526 bases of DNA from Candidatus Hydrogenedens sp. (lineage in GTDB: Bacteria > Hydrogenedentota > Hydrogenedentia > Hydrogenedentales > Hydrogenedentaceae): positions 1-526 of the forward strand of contig JBMFRC010000062.1 in the NCBI GenBank assembly GCA_049968235.1, written 5' to 3'. How positions within the stretch are numbered: the first letter of the stretch is position 1; each line of letters opens with the position of its first letter. The notes beneath the pieces are model-generated. The model saw only the letters and a list, made by a program, of their open reading frames with translations, was not told where the DNA came from and did not search any database. A program made the position numbers and the translations under genes. Positions 1-526 of this stretch are shown here, piece by piece.

Positions 1-271
1 TATCATCAACTACATTATATAACTTATAATAAAAATCTACTGGCTTAGATAAAATAACATAATCATCAAAATATTGTATCGTGTTATAATTCTCAAGCAT
101 ATATTCAATATTATTTAAAATAGGTATTGCATTTTCATCTGCAATTAATTTCCAGTTTGGTGTTAATTCTTTTAATTGATTAATACAAGAAGAACTTAAT
201 TGTTTTAATGCAAGTAGATAAGTAATACTTTCTAGTAAATATATATTTGGTTTAAATTTTACATTTAACAT
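1..271 (-). CDS. Hypothetical protein, N-terminal 90 aa, with the 3' end beyond the window start. Translation from ATG 271-269: MLNVKFKPNIYLLESITYLLALKQLSSSCINQLKELTPNWKLIADENAIPILNNIEYMLENYNTIQYFDDYVILSKPVDFYYKLYNVVDD...
   Basis: The minus-strand frame is open for 90 codons from ATG(271-269) to the window edge. I checked that no plus-strand triplet at positions 2-4 through 269-271 is tta, cta or tca. At about 21% GC, roughly 9% of random codons are stops, so a 90-codon open frame arises by chance with probability of order 1e-4. The opposite strand in this phase is full of taa/tag, the usual antisense signature. Codon use is strongly A/T-ending, and the product is rich in N, Y, I, L and K. 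No Shine-Dalgarno precedes ATG-271. An alternative in-frame ATG at 334-332 lies just after the in-frame stop TAA at 340-338. Confidence 0.7.
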   Translation of the reverse strand, partial: MLNVKFKPNIYLLESITYLLALKQLSSSCINQLKELTPNWKLIADENAIPILNNIEYMLENYNTIQYFDDYVILSKPVDFYYKLYNVVDD

Positions 272-278
272 GAAAATT

Positions 279-307
279 AATTTAATAATATTGCAAAAAA
301 ATACCAA
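279..307 (-). promoter_or_regulatory. Candidate sigma-70-type promoter for the minus-strand gene: -35 TTGGTA (plus coords 307-302), 17-nt spacer, -10 TAAATT (284-279), ending 7 nt upstream of ATG-271, which implies a leaderless or near-leaderless transcript
   Basis: On the minus strand the sequence reads TTGGTA-tttttttgcaatattat-TAAATT-aattttc-ATG. The -35 matches TTGACA at 4/6 and the -10 matches TATAAT at 4/6. The -10 to ATG distance is typical of leaderless mRNAs, which fits the absence of any SD upstream of ATG-271. A second -10-like hexamer, TATTAT (290-285), is also present. Confidence 0.25.
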
Positions 308-314
308 CTTTAAT

Positions 315-344
315 TTCACGTTTTTAAGATGCATAAATTAATAT
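315..344 (+). promoter_or_regulatory. Candidate sigma-70-type promoter for the plus-strand gene: -35 TTCACG (315-320), 18-nt spacer, -10 TAATAT (339-344), predicted TSS near 351
   Basis: This is a by-eye hexamer match: -35 4/6 to TTGACA and -10 4/6 to TATAAT, with the TA...T positions kept. It would give a roughly 22-nt leader carrying the SD. Many near-equivalent AT-rich hexamers exist in this region, so the assignment is weak. Confidence 0.3.
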
Positions 345-362
345 TCGTAATCAAAAAATTTT

Positions 363-368
363 AGGAGG
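363..368 (+). promoter_or_regulatory. Shine-Dalgarno ribosome-binding site (AGGAGG) for the plus-strand CDS
   Basis: A perfect AGGAGG lies 5 nt upstream of ATG-374 and is immediately preceded by an A6T4 tract (353-362). Confidence 0.8.
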
Positions 369-373
369 ATGCC

Positions 374-526
374 ATGTTAAAAGAAGCACTTTTAGAACTT
401 ATCAAAGAATTAAAAATGTCTGGTGTTTTGAAAAGAGCAGAGGTCAAAAACAGTCGCCTAGTTATCATTGAGTTAAACAGAGGAATTGAGGAGATCAACG
501 AGACTTTATACTGGAGAATTATGGAT
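374..526 (+). CDS. Hypothetical protein, N-terminal 51 aa, with the 3' end beyond the window end. Translation: MLKEALLELIKELKMSGVLKRAEVKNSRLVIIELNRGIEEINETLYWRIMD...
   Basis: ATG at 374 is the first start codon after the in-frame stop TAG (362-364) and is preceded by AGGAGG (363-368) with a 5-nt spacer. The frame stays open for 51 codons to the window end. The N-terminus is E/K/L-rich and predicted helical. I recognise no family motif. Confidence 0.8.
   Translation, partial: MLKEALLELIKELKMSGVLKRAEVKNSRLVIIELNRGIEEINETLYWRIMD

Noticed and set aside
101-111. ATATT-C-AATAT inverted repeat and a TTAAT-TGA-TTAAT direct repeat (173-185) inside the minus-strand CDS
   Set aside because: These are short, low-complexity AT words within coding sequence, expected by chance at about 20% GC. 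They have no flanking context suggesting a site.
270-341. Plus-strand 23-codon ORF (MKINLIILQKNTNFNFTFLRCIN*) in the intergenic region, starting at the CATG that overlaps the minus-gene start
   Set aside because: It has no SD. A 23-codon open frame has roughly a 10% chance of occurring in DNA this AT-rich, and it lies across the predicted promoter elements. It is most likely spurious.
295-358. A-tracts (A7 at 295-301, A6 at 353-358) as a phased DNA-bending array
   Set aside because: There are only two tracts, spaced about 58 bp apart, not in helical phase (about 10.5-bp multiples). This is insufficient to claim a curved-DNA element.
329-364. Plus-strand 11-codon micro-ORF (MHKLIFVIKKF*) ending at the TAG inside the SD, in frame with the main plus CDS
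   Set aside because: It has no RBS and would lie upstream of the predicted TSS (about 351). It is the expected product of an in-frame ATG before the stop that delimits the real start. I do not consider it a credible leader peptide without expression evidence.
369-380. Out-of-frame ATG at 369 (ATG CCA TGT TAA) overlapping the true start
   Set aside because: It is a 3-codon ORF, a trivial artifact of the sequence around the start codon.
1-526. Intrinsic terminators, tRNA or other structured RNA, CRISPR repeats, and IS or transposon terminal inverted repeats
   Set aside because: There is no GC-rich stem followed by a U-run anywhere in the window; the GC-richest word is cagtcgcc at 450-457, inside the plus CDS, with no dyad partner. 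There are no spaced direct repeats of CRISPR length and no tRNA-like GC-rich arms. Nothing in the sequence supports these calls.

Overview
This 526-bp window is very AT-rich (about 24.5% GC by my count) and holds a head-to-head, divergently transcribed gene pair around a ~100-bp intergenic region. On the minus strand, an ORF begins at the ATG at 271-269 and runs open for 90 codons past the left edge of the window. There are no in-frame stops between positions 2 and 271, which is very unlikely by chance at this base composition. On the plus strand, a consensus Shine-Dalgarno AGGAGG (363-368) sits 5 nt upstream of the ATG at 374. That ATG is the first start after an in-frame TAG (362-364) and opens an ORF that runs 51 codons past the right edge. 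The intergenic region (272-373) is the most AT-rich part of the window. It contains back-to-back candidate sigma-70-like promoter elements, an A7 tract, an A6T4 tract abutting the SD, and a few short AT palindromes. I do not recognise either partial product as a known family, so both are called hypothetical proteins. The two genes differ sharply in third-position GC (about 7% in the minus gene versus about 35% in the plus gene) and in amino-acid bias. This fits a mosaic, accessory-type junction, but it could also reflect different expression levels. No RNA genes, CRISPR repeats, intrinsic terminators or recognisable mobile-element ends are visible. With only two truncated ORFs and no search tools, I cannot assign any system function and present the novelty only as a hypothesis.
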